Of a stretch of DNA of 64,000 bases, positions 53,631 through 64,000 are shown in pieces. The position numbers and the translations under genes were made by a program. The DNA lies in the NCBI RefSeq assembly GCF_001194135.2, contig NC_068989.1, forward strand, positions 18,531,418 to 18,595,417, read 5' to 3'. The notes under the pieces were generated by a model. That model was not told the DNA's origin. It did not search any database and was given only the letters and a program-made list of their open reading frames with translations. Position 1 is the stretch's first letter; the number at the start of each line of letters is the position of its first letter. The DNA is from Octopus bimaculoides (lineage: Eukaryota).

Positions 53631-53678
53631 GTCTTACAGCTGTTTCTAGAATATTTATTATATCCCTTCATCGGAGAC
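53631..53678 (-). ncRNA. Minimal type I hammerhead-like motif (U4C variant), left arm of fold-back
   Basis: Reverse complement of the 53933-53980 motif with one stem II substitution. Confidence 0.5.
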
Positions 53679-53932
53679 AGTGTGAGAGGATGGTTAATCA
53701 ATAGTTAGTTTAGATAAGATAGGAAATAGAGAGTGAATGTAGGGATATTGTATTTGTAAATCCATTGTTTAGGCAGAATGGTAATGGTATATAAGATTCC
53801 AATACTTTGTGAGTAAAATCTTATATATATACCATTCTGCCTAAACAATGGATTTACAAATACAATATCCCTACATTCACTCTATTTCCTATCTTATCTA
53901 AACTAACTATTGCTTAACCATCCTCTCACACC

Positions 53933-53980
53933 GTCTCCGATGAAGGGATATAATAAATATCCTAGAAACAGCTGTAAGAC
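53933..53980 (+). ncRNA. Minimal type I hammerhead-like motif (U4C variant), right arm of fold-back
   Basis: GUCU-CCGAUGA-A-GGGAUAU(AAUAA)AUAUCCU-A-GAAA-C-AGCU-G-UA-AGAC; palindromic ACAGCUGU stem III. Confidence 0.55.
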
Positions 53981-54404
53981 CTATTTATAAATGTTCTATA
54001 ATGTACACAGCCCTGGTTTTTTATCTCATTACAAAATNNNNNNNNNNNNNNNNNNNNNNNNNNNNNNNNNNNNNNNNNNNNNNNNNNNNNNNNNNNNNNN
54101 NNNNNNATATATATATATATAAATGCCACCACCAAAGGACTTTGACATATGCAGAAAAAGGAAAAACACAATGTATGAAGAAAGGGGACAGAAAAATGAG
54201 CTGTCGTACTGATGATGTCTACTGAAGAAGAAACATGTCCATAACTTAAGTGGTTAGCATTAAAAGGAACATCCAGCCATAGAAACCAAAGCAGACTTTG
54301 AAACAGATACAGTCCTGACCTGTTGGATTCTGTCAAACCATTCAACACATGCCAGCATGGAAGATAGAGTTTTACTATATGTATACATAAAGCATCATCA
54401 CAAC

Positions 54405-54623
54405 TCATTAGCATTTAATCTGGCCATATATGCCCCAAATATTCGACCTGTTTTATGTTCAATCTGGCCAGATCCAGCCTCTTACATATATCATACAATG
54501 TCATTCTAAAAATAAACAATCACATCATTGAAATCTCAAGACCAAAAGATATTGTATGATTAATTCAAAACAATATGGATAAATAAGTATCACATATGAC
54601 AGAGAAATCTGAATGCTAAAGGG
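54405..54623. mobile_element. TTAA-type MITE, one end degraded
   Basis: Right end GAATGCTAAAGGG-TTAA; left end TTAGCATTT is partial. Confidence 0.45.
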
Positions 54624-54874
54624 TTAATGACTAGCAGAAAGATAAAAAAAAAAAAAAAAAAAAAANNNNNNNNNNNNNNNNNNNNNNNNNNNNNNNNNNN
54701 NNNNNNNNNNNNNNNNNNNNNNNNNNNNNNNNNNNNNNNNNNNNNNNNNNNNNNNNNNNNNNNNNNNNNNNNNNNNNNNNNNNNNNNNNNNNNNNNNNNN
54801 NNNNNNNNNNNNNNNNNNNNNNNNNNNNNNNNNNNNNNNNNNNNNNNNNNNNNNNNNNNNNNNNNNNNNNNNNN

Positions 54875-55236
54875 ATGCTGGAGCACCGCCTCTAGTCGAG
54901 CAAATCAACCCCAGGACTTATTCTTTGTAAGCCTAGTACTTATTCTATCGGCCTCTTTTGCTGAACCGCTAAGTTACGGGGACATAAACACACCAGCATC
55001 GGTTGTCAAGCGATGTTGGGGGGGGGACGACAAACACAGACACACAAACATATACACCCACATACATATATATGACGGGCTTTTTTCAGTTTCCGTCTAC
55101 CAAATCCACTCACAAGGCTTTGGTCGGCCCGAGGCTATAGTAGAAGACACTTGCCCAAAGTGCCACGCAGTGGGACTGAACCCGGAACCATGTGGTTCAT
55201 AAGCAAGCTACTTACCACACAGCCACTCCTACGCCT
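54875..55236 (-). mobile_element. SINE family B
   Basis: Reverse complement of 16284-16686; tail lost in the N gap. Confidence 0.88.
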
Positions 55237-55554
55237 ATATTGCTTATAATTCACATAAAACAAGTTTTTAAAATCAAACCTGATTGAGGACCTGACCTAT
55301 CATCAAAAGTATTAAAGGCATTACAATCACACCATTTTTTCCAAGACTGTATTGCCCAATTTGCCCTCATTTTTAAGATGGGACTGTTTGATATAAGCGA
55401 GATTTGGTTGCAGATGTTATACTGACCACAAGACATGTGTTCAAGCCTTAAAACAGATATTTTGTAAGTAGCACTAGATAAAATGCATTATATACTGTCA
55501 GCCACATTCATAAAAAAAAATCCATCCTCCAAATTCACAAGTATGTTTACATTA

Positions 55555-55870
55555 TCATCATCATCAATTAACATCCGTTTTCCATGCTGGCATGGGTTAG
55601 ATGGTTTGACTGGGAACTGGTAAGCTGGGGAGCTGCACCAGGCTCCAATCTGATTTGGCATGGTTTCTACAGCTGGATGCCCTTCCCAACGCCAACCATT
55701 GCAAAAGTGTAGTGGGTGTTTTTTTTTATGTGCCAGTTACAGAACACCAGCATCAGCTACAATTACGATCTCACTTGGCTTGAAAGGTCTTCTCAAGCAC
55801 AGTATATTGCCAAAGGTCTCGCTCGTTTGTCACTGCCTTTGTAAGGCTCAAAATTCAAAGGGTGCTTCTT
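55555..55870 (-). mobile_element. Short 5'-truncated copy of the RTE 3' end
   Basis: Tail, 3'UTR and the end of the ORF, similar to 48037-48660. Confidence 0.7.
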
Positions 55871-56613
55871 ACATACCAGTTATGCAACACAGGCATTGGC
55901 CACCGACTTCAATTTCACTTGGCTTGGCACAATATCCTAAATTTTCTAATACTTGCCCAGTCAAGCCCGACACAAAAGATTCTTATGAAAAGAAAAAAAA
56001 AAGCAAGAGAGTCAAAGAGCAAGTTATTCTTTTATTTGTTTCCGTCATTTGATTGAGGCCATGCTGGAGCACTGCCTTGAAGTGTTTTTGTCAAACAATC
56101 CAACCCCAGGGCTTATACTATTGGTCTTTTTGCCAAACCAATAAGTTACGGGGACATAAACACACCAACACTGGTTGCCAAGCAATGACGGAGGAAGAAA
56201 CACAGACATAGTTATATACATATACGACAGGCTTCTTTCAGTTTTTGCCTACCAAATCCACAAACCTGAGGCTATATAGCAAGACATTCGCCCAAGGTGC
56301 CAAGCAGTGGGACTGAATCTAGAATCATGTGATTAGGAAGCTTCTTACCACACAGCCATGGCAATTAGTAAACCCTTTCTAAACTACAAGGATCCACCAG
56401 ATTAACGCTCAATTTTGGATTCTATAAGGTTAAGTAGATGGGACATAAACCACTGGATAAGTTGATTTAGAGAAACTGCTGTCAACATTTGATGCCAGGG
56501 AATCAGTTTTACAATGATACCTACACCATCTTGTAAAACCAGACTTGACTAACCTACAAATTCCAAATCCAACATTTGAGTATTGTTCATACTTGAGATG
56601 GTACCGTTACACA

Positions 56614-56996
56614 GCGGAGGCGCAATGGCCCAGTGGTTAGGGCAGCGGACTCGCAGTCATAGGATTGCGGTTTCGATTCCCAGACCGAATGTTGTGAGTG
56701 TTTATTGAGAGTTAAACACCTAAAGCTCCACGAGGCTCCAGCAGGGAATGGCGGCGAACCCTGCTGTACTCTTTCACCACAGCTTTCTCTTACTCTTTCT
56801 TCATGTTTCTGTTGTATCTGTATTTCAAAGGGCCAGCCTTGTCACACTGTGTCACGCTGAATATCCCCGAGAACTACATTAAGGGTACACGTGTCTGTGG
56901 AGTACTCAGCCACTTGCACATTAATTTCACGAGCAGGCTGTTCCGTTGATTGGATTAACTGGAACCCTCAACGTCGTAAGCGACAGAGTGCCAACA
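56614..56996 (+). mobile_element. SINE family A
   Basis: 11-bp TSD ACCGTTACACA. Confidence 0.92.
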
Positions 56997-57809
56997 ACCG
57001 TTACACAAAAGCACACAAGACCACACTCAAAAGACAAGGATTCACTCAATAACACACTGCATCTTTTCACTTCCCATCGTTAACTGCAGCAACTCAATAC
57101 TCTCCTCATTGAAGTTGTTAATCTCTTCTGTGAAAACTAACACTGCAAATTTAGCACAAAGAGCTTACAACTAAATCTTAAAATATTGTAAAGTGTTTGG
57201 CATTTGGAAGGGCATCCAGCTGTAAAAATCATGCCAAAACGGAACTCACCTGTGCTAATGCCATGTAAAAAGCACTGAGTCCACTCTGCAGAGTGGTTGG
57301 TATTAGAAAGGCCAGCTGTAAAAACTCTGCCAAAACGGACAAAGTAGCCTGGAGTAGTCTTCTACCTGACTAACTCCTGTCAACCATCCTACCCATGCAT
57401 GCATGCGTTGAAGGACGTTAAATGATGATGACATCAGACAAAGGACACACTAGACAATACCCTATGCCTGCAATTAAGATGAGGTGGTCATGATTGGAAT
57501 GCCTTTCACTAGAGGTCTGCTTGATCAGTAGTGACTATGAGCTAAACACCAGCTAGACATACTAAGTTCATGTTCTAATTGCAGGCATGGCTGTGTGGTA
57601 AGAAGGTAGTTTCCCAACCACATAGGTCTGGGTTCAATCCCACTGTGTGACACCTCAGGCAAGTATTTTCTACCTTGGCCCTGGGCTGACTAAAGCTTTG
57701 ACAGTAGATTGAGTAGGCAGAAACAAATAAGCCAGTCATTCATCATTCAACATTAAATGATGATAATGAATGACAGATTTCTTTCAGTTTCTGAGAGGCC
57801 CATCATTCA

Positions 57810-57891
<82 letters not shown>

Positions 57892-58325
57892 CACACACTG
57901 GCACCACATGAAAAGCACTCAGCAAATAAAGTGGTTGGCATTAGGAAGGGTATCCAGCTGTAGAAACCAAACCAAATCAAACGGGAACCTGGCACAGCTT
58001 TCCTGCTCACCAGCTCTGGTCAAACAAGTCAACCTATGCCATCATGGAAAACAGACATTAAAGGATGATGATTGTGTGTGTATATGTGTTACTGTCTTTA
58101 CCTTCACATCACATAATAATTGTAAACAAACATCACCATCATGCAAGGTGTGTCTGTCATACCCAATCTTCTATAAAAACGTTCAGTTATGGGCAAGTAT
58201 TAACTTACTTAGAAACAGATGAAGATTGATGACAGGAAGGACATCAGGTTGTAGAAAATCTAACATAGAATTCTGTCCAATTCATGCAAGCATGGAAAAG
58301 TGGATATTGAAATGATGCTGTTATA

Positions 58326-58371
<46 letters not shown>

Positions 58372-59199
58372 TACACAGGAATACCTCAATTTAAAACAAA
58401 TTGGCTCTAAATGTCTAAACAAGTAAAAAGTTGAGAGGTGAATTTTCATAAAAATGATGTTATAAACAATCATGTTCTTAACTGCAACTATAGCTTTGGC
58501 CATTCCAAAAATGCTAAATGTTGTTAGATCATAAATTTTCCAGTTATTTTGTCATTTAGTATGATTATGTGATCAATGCTTTTTTTATGGCCCACTTTTT
58601 CCATGCTTGCATATCTACTGTTGAAACATCAGTGTTACTAATCTTTCATTTTATAATTAAATTGTTGATAATTTAAATGTTTCGTTAAAAACTAGATAAA
58701 ATGGATATCATGAGTGTATACATACACACACACAAGATATCTGTTCCTGTCACTTTATCTTAGTTTCTTATCCCTCAATTTTGTACCCTGCCCAATTGAG
58801 GGGTTTTGTCTTGCAGATACTTGCAATGCTACTGTTAGTTGCTGTAATTCATCACAGATTATTAACATTCACACAGATACACACAAAACACATTTTAACA
58901 TCCACTTTTCCATGCATGCATGAGGCAGATTGCACTAACTTGTCACCAATCCTCACCTGTCTCCAATCAATGTAACATTTCTTCATAGTTGGATAGGTTG
59001 CAATAAATTACAAACAAACAGTGCCACTCATTTACAATCTTCACGCAATATCAAGGAATGGAAACACAAACACACACAGAGTGAGAGAGACAATAGGCGT
59101 CATTCAGTTTCCATTTACCAAATCGCCTCACAAGGACTTGATCAGTCCAGAACTAATAATAGATGCCCAAGATGTCACACAGTGAAACTGAACTTAAAG

Positions 59200-60080
59200 G
59201 CATCATTTAACGTCTGCTTTCTATGTTGGTATGGGTTAGACGGTTTGACTAAGCTGCAGAGTTGCACCAAGTTCCAGTTTGATTTGGCATGGTTTTTACA
59301 GCTGGATGTGCTTCCTAACACCAACCACTCCAGCAGTGTAATGGGTGCTTTTTATGTGCCACCAACAGAGGTACCACTTACGTGACACCGGCACTGGCCA
59401 CGAATGCAATTCCACTTGGCTCGACAAGTCTTCTTCAGCACAACATATTCATTTCTACTCTAGGCACAAGGCCCGAAATCTTTGGGGAGTGGGCCAGTCA
59501 ACTAGATTGTCTCCAGTATGCAACTGGTACTTAATTTATCAACCCCAAAAGAATGAAAAGCAAAGTCGACCTCGGCAGAATTTGAACTCAGAAGGTAAAT
59601 ACAGACGAAATACTAAGCGTTTTGCCCAGCATACTAATGTTTCTGCCAGATCAACGCCTTCTTCAGAACATATTGCCAAAGGTTTCAGTCACTTGTCATC
59701 ACCTCAGTCAGGCCCAATGTTCAAAGATCAGGCTTCACCACTTCGCCCCATGTCTTCCTGAGTCTACATCTACAACAGGTTCTTTCTACAGTTTGAGATC
59801 GGCTCTGCTTTACACAGCTGTCCTTGTCCATATGCATCACATGACCATACCAGCACAGTTGTCTCTCTTGCCCACCACATCTGATGCCTCTTATGCCCAG
59901 CTTTTCTCTTAAGATACTTACACTCTGTTGAACATGCACACTGTGATTGCACATCCAGCAAAGCATACTGGCTTCATTTCTTTCAAGCCTATGCATGTCC
60001 TCAGCAGTCACAGCCCATGTTTCACTGCTGTGTAGCATGCTTGTTCATACACAGGCATCATACAGTCTACCTTTCATTCT
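59200..60080 (-). mobile_element. Second 3' fragment of the same RTE family, interrupted by a SINE-C at about 59445-59660
   Basis: MLHSSETWAVTAEDMHRLERNEASM is nearly identical to 48890-48986; tail at 59200. Confidence 0.85.
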
Positions 60081-60448
60081 GGAAACAAACTTAACTTCAC
60101 TGCCATACCTGCACCCTATGTATGTTTATTCTTGCATATGTATGTTACCTTTGATATGAATATAAAATGTGCATGTATGTGGGAGAGAGAGAGAGAGAGA
60201 GGGAGGGAGAGTGGGTGCATATATCTGTGTTTCCTTGTCTTGACATCGCATGATAGTTGTAAATGATTGTCACTGTTATACAAGCAGTGCCGTTCATTTC
60301 TAATATTCTGTAAAAACATGTCTGCTCAAAGGGAAATATTACCTTGCTTGAAAATAGGTGAAGATTAGCAATAGGAAGGATATCTGGCCAAAGAGTATCT
60401 GCCTCAATAAACTCTGTACAACCCATGCAAGCATGGAAAAATGAACAT

Positions 60449-61000
60449 AGGCGCAGGAGTGGCTGTGTGGTAAGTAACTTGCTTACCAACCACATGGTTC
60501 CGGGTTCAGTCCTACTGCGTGGCACCTTGGGAAAGTGTCTTCTGCTATAGCCTCAGGCCGACCAAAGCCTTGTGAGTGGATTTGATAGACAGAAACTGAA
60601 AGAAGCTTGTCGTNNNNNNNNNNNNNNNNNNNNNNNNNNNNNNNNNNNNNNNNNNNNNNNNNNNNNNNNNNNNNNNNNNNNNNNNNNNNNNNNNNNNNNN
60701 NNNNNNNNNNNNNNNNNNNNNNNNNNNNNNNNNNNNNNNNNNNNNNNNNNNNNNNNNNNNNNNNNNNNNNNNNNNNNTATATATATATATATATATATGT
60801 TTGTGTGTGTGTTTGTCCCCCCCAACATCACTTGACAACCGATGCTGGTGTGTTTACGTCCCCGTAACTCAGCAGTTCGGCAAAAGAGTCCGATAGAATA
60901 AGTACTAGGCTTACAAAGAATAAGTCCTGGCGTCGATTTTCTCGACTAAAGGCGGTGCTCCAGCATGGCCGCAGTCAAATGACTGAAACAAGTAAAAGAG
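60449..61000 (+). mobile_element. SINE family B, spans an N gap
   Basis: Head and tail match 16284-16686. Confidence 0.88.
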
Positions 61001-62006
61001 TATATGATGATGATGACGACATATGCACTCAAGCACAAATGTGTTTGCATCTCTTTGTCTTGATATTGTATGATAGTTGTAAATGAGTGTCACCATTGTT
61101 GCAAGCTTTCACGAAAACATGTCTGGCTATGAGATAAAAAAAATACATTGCTTGACAACAGATGAGGGTTAGTAACAAGTAAGAAGGACATGAATCCATA
61201 GAAAATCATCTCCAACAAATTCCATCTGACCCAAATGGGCTTCTTTCAGTTTCTATCAACTAAATCTACTCACAAGGCTCAGATCAGCTAACAGCAGCCA
61301 GGGGAGACATTAGCCCAAAATACCACACAGTTGGGAAGCAAACTTCTTAATTACAAACTCATGCTTGCATTTAAGGGGAATTATAACACACACACACAAC
61401 AGAACTATGACATAGGTATGGCTGTATTTGCATCACTATTTGGTTTTGGGTTCAATCCCAGTAACAAGAATTGGTAAATACTAAGAAATCCATCATGTGT
61501 TTGTGTGTATCTGTGCCTTCATTGTTTCAATATTTGAGCAATACGTTAAAACAAAGTTACCATCTATGCCAATGTCTGTGAACCTTCTGCCATAAAAAAT
61601 AGGTCTGGCCACTCAACTGTTTAAAGGTCAAGTTAAAATAATGCCTAACATGGAAACAAAGTGAGGAAGAGCATCCAGTCATAAAAAAATGCCTTTCCTG
61701 TCACTAACCCTCACTTGTTTTTCAAGCAAGATGAATATTTCACCATAGTCAGACACGAGTTCGCTGAAGTTTTGGAAATGAACAAACCTGCTAGTGGGAT
61801 AGTGACGTTTATTTAAAACTACTACACGATGTCAAGACAAAGAAACAAATACACACAGAGTTTCCATTTACTAAATTCACTCACACGGTTTTTGTCAGCC
61901 TAGAGATATAGCAGAAAAACTTGCGCAAGGTACCATGCAGTGGAACTGAGCCTGAAACTATGTGGTTGGAAAGCTAACTTTTTAACCACACATCTACATT
62001 TGCTCA

Positions 62007-62041
<35 letters not shown>

Positions 62042-62274
62042 TAATGTATATATATATATATATATTAACTGATGTATATATTAATATTATCTCGGTTGAA
62101 AAACTTCAATAATGCAAATATGTTAATAGTTACGAGGTTAGCAAAAATCATACAAAAACTGGGATATTATACCCAGTTAATGGGTAGAACTTCCATGTTA
62201 AAGTCATGTATTTTGAGTAGATATAAAGAATAATAATCAATGGAGCAAAACGCATATAATCAAAAAGTTCCTTT

Positions 62275-62363
62275 AATTCCTACATATGTTTCAAAAATGT
62301 GCACTCTACTCCAAAGAAGTAAGAGGTGCTGGAATATGCACATAAATTCATCGTCAGGGAACC
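62275..62363 (-). ncRNA. Minimal type I hammerhead ribozyme motif, intact core
   Basis: On -: stem I GGUUCC / CUGACGA / extended stem II / GAAA-C-AUAU-G-UA / GGAAUU stem I'. Predicted cleavage after GUA, between 62281 and 62280. Confidence 0.7.
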
Positions 62364-62744
62364 ATATATATATATATATATATATATCTTACAAATTTGT
62401 TTATGGGAAACGTTTTGATTACGCAAATAAAGCCCCTACTCCATTAATCTGGCCACAGCCTAATGATGGGGACTAGTGAGCCAGTTTTTCGGGGTTGCAT
62501 CAAGTTGTACCGATATAATGTAGGATAAATATAATAAATCACATGATTCTTAAGATCAGCCTGTATTCCCAAGATGATTACAGTGTAGTCCATAGTATCT
62601 GTTGGCATCAGTTTGAGCATCATCGATTCATTTCTTTAGGCGATATAGCATTAGTGGATGTACAACAGAGGAATGTTTGTAGTGATGCATTAAATATTTA
62701 TAAATTCCAGCCAAGGATTAATGTTATTATTATTATTATACAAG

Positions 62745-62960
62745 GTGGTGAGCTGGCAGGAACGTTAGCACGCTGGGCAAAATACCTAACAGTATTTCAT
62801 CTGCCACTACGTTCTGAGTTCAAATTCTACTGAGGTCAACTTTGCCTTTCATCTTTTGGGATTGATAAATTAAGTACCAGTAAAACGCTGGGATTCATGT
62901 AACCGATTATCTCCCTCCCACAAATTTCAGGCCTCGTGCCTACAGTAGAAAGGGTTATTA
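62745..62960 (+). mobile_element. SINE family C, representative (also about 4730-4900, 8850-9075, 12545-13290, 20437-20600, 24760-24965, 34670-34985, 39150-39350, 40030-40250, 59445-59660)
   Basis: GG.GAGCTGGCAG.AACGTTAGCAC...TTCTGAGTTCAAATTC...GGTC.ACTTTGCCTTTCATCC is repeated across the window. Confidence 0.85.
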
Positions 62961-63747
62961 TTATAATATATATATATAAATTATATATATATATACAAGT
63001 TAATTTGATCCCAGCGAAAACTCTTAAAGCAGGGCAATAATTTCCCCATAGTAGCAATGTTATACATTATAATTCATTCCCAAAAAAATATTTTACTTAT
63101 AAAATTTATAATACTCGTTAATAAATGGCAATGAAACACCAGTAGAGTGTAAAGAATATTTTATGTAAAGTAAAAAGAAAGTCGAGATTATTTATGATAA
63201 AAAATATTATCATTATTATAATCGTTTCTGAATCCATTTCACTTGCACTAGACTTGCGCACACCATCACTTGTAGACGTGATTGCAAATTCAAAAGCATT
63301 CATAGATTTCTTCTTTTTAAAAAAAAGTCTAGTGTTGATTGCTAAGAAGCTTTGTTTTGCTCTCTACAAATTTCTCAGAAACATAGATCATGGTAGGAAA
63401 AACTTTTGCACTTCATTCAAAATTTGGATCTTGTGCTTCAAAAAACTCCTAAACCCAGGGTCTCATAAAGCAGGTCCTTGTAAAGTGAGATATTATTGTA
63501 TATAGCACAAGGATAAAGCAAGAAAAAATATGCACATGCACATTGCCTGATACTGCATATCACATGCATCATTGAGATGTCTTCAAGACAACAATGAATG
63601 AGTCACATCCTGGCAAGTTAAGATCTACCCTAACCAAAACCAAGCTACAAACATTTCTCCACCAAAGAAAGAAATACTTAGAAACAAGGAGGAACCAATA
63701 ACACTTGGACATTACACTGAATTAACTATTTGAATATATGACATTAA

Positions 63748-63969
63748 CCCTTTCGTTACCGTATTTATTTTGAGATACTCTGTGTTTCTTTTAATTACTT
63801 TGAAATGCAACAAAGAATTTAGTAAAATAACTTAGTTATCATAAAGCTAGTGTTAGGAACATAAATTGTGACTATGGTTTGGTGGAAGATATTAATTCAA
63901 AACCTATGAAAACAAGACATTTGTACTACGTAGCCAGAGGCGGTTTCAGTCAGGTTGGTATCGAAAGGG
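63748..63969. mobile_element. piggyBac-like MITE, 222 bp
   Basis: TTAA on both sides; TIR CCCTTTCG/CGAAAGGG. Confidence 0.85.
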
Positions 63970-64000
63970 TTAAAAAAATCACACTCAACATCAGGTTACA

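Larger units (their letters stand above)
53571..54037. mobile_element. Long inverted repeat (~228 and ~221 bp arms, 18-nt loop), Penelope-like inverted pLTR architecture
   Basis: Arms 53571-53798 and 53817-54037 are reverse complements at roughly 90-95% by eye; each arm carries a minimal hammerhead, a known PLE pLTR trait. The right arm runs into an N gap. Confidence 0.7.

Noticed and set aside
54222-54245. DMFLLQ as a possible ASF1 exon-2 end (HMFVFQ)
   Set aside because: No GT donor follows and there is no upstream GPVP or LEWK motif. ASF1 exons 1-2 were not found anywhere in the window.
63118-63505. Short ORFs near the window end (also 41728-41934)
   Set aside because: No recognisable homology or convincing splice context.

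Overview
AT-rich, repeat-dense eukaryotic genomic DNA with many N gaps and microsatellites. The SINE/LINE repertoire looks like an octopus (coleoid cephalopod); this is recognition, not proof. Two convergent spliced genes are supported. (1) A complete 3-coding-exon LHFPL2-like tetraspan gene on + (14956-15394, 25540-25653, 26571-26713; 231 aa). (2) The last two coding exons of histone chaperone ASF1 on - (47893-47717, 46816-46598); exons 1-2 were not found and probably lie beyond 64000 or in a gap. The rest is mostly mobile DNA: three SINE families, RTE LINEs and many short copies of their 3' tail, an Ingi/Vingi-like LINE, mariner and Gypsy remnants, and hAT-, piggyBac- and GG-terminated MITEs. 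Most interesting observations: minimal type I hammerhead-ribozyme motifs with palindromic stem III in the presumed ASF1 intron 2 (one with an intact core at 62275-62363, a pair inside a ~220-bp fold-back at 53571-54037, and a core-less scaffold at 50840-50887); a duplicated ASF1 exon-3 acceptor forming an in-phase pseudo-exon; a chain of candidate micro-exons downstream of the ASF1 stop; and an RTE copy with an apparent 5' inversion. All folds and alignments were made by eye and need computational confirmation.
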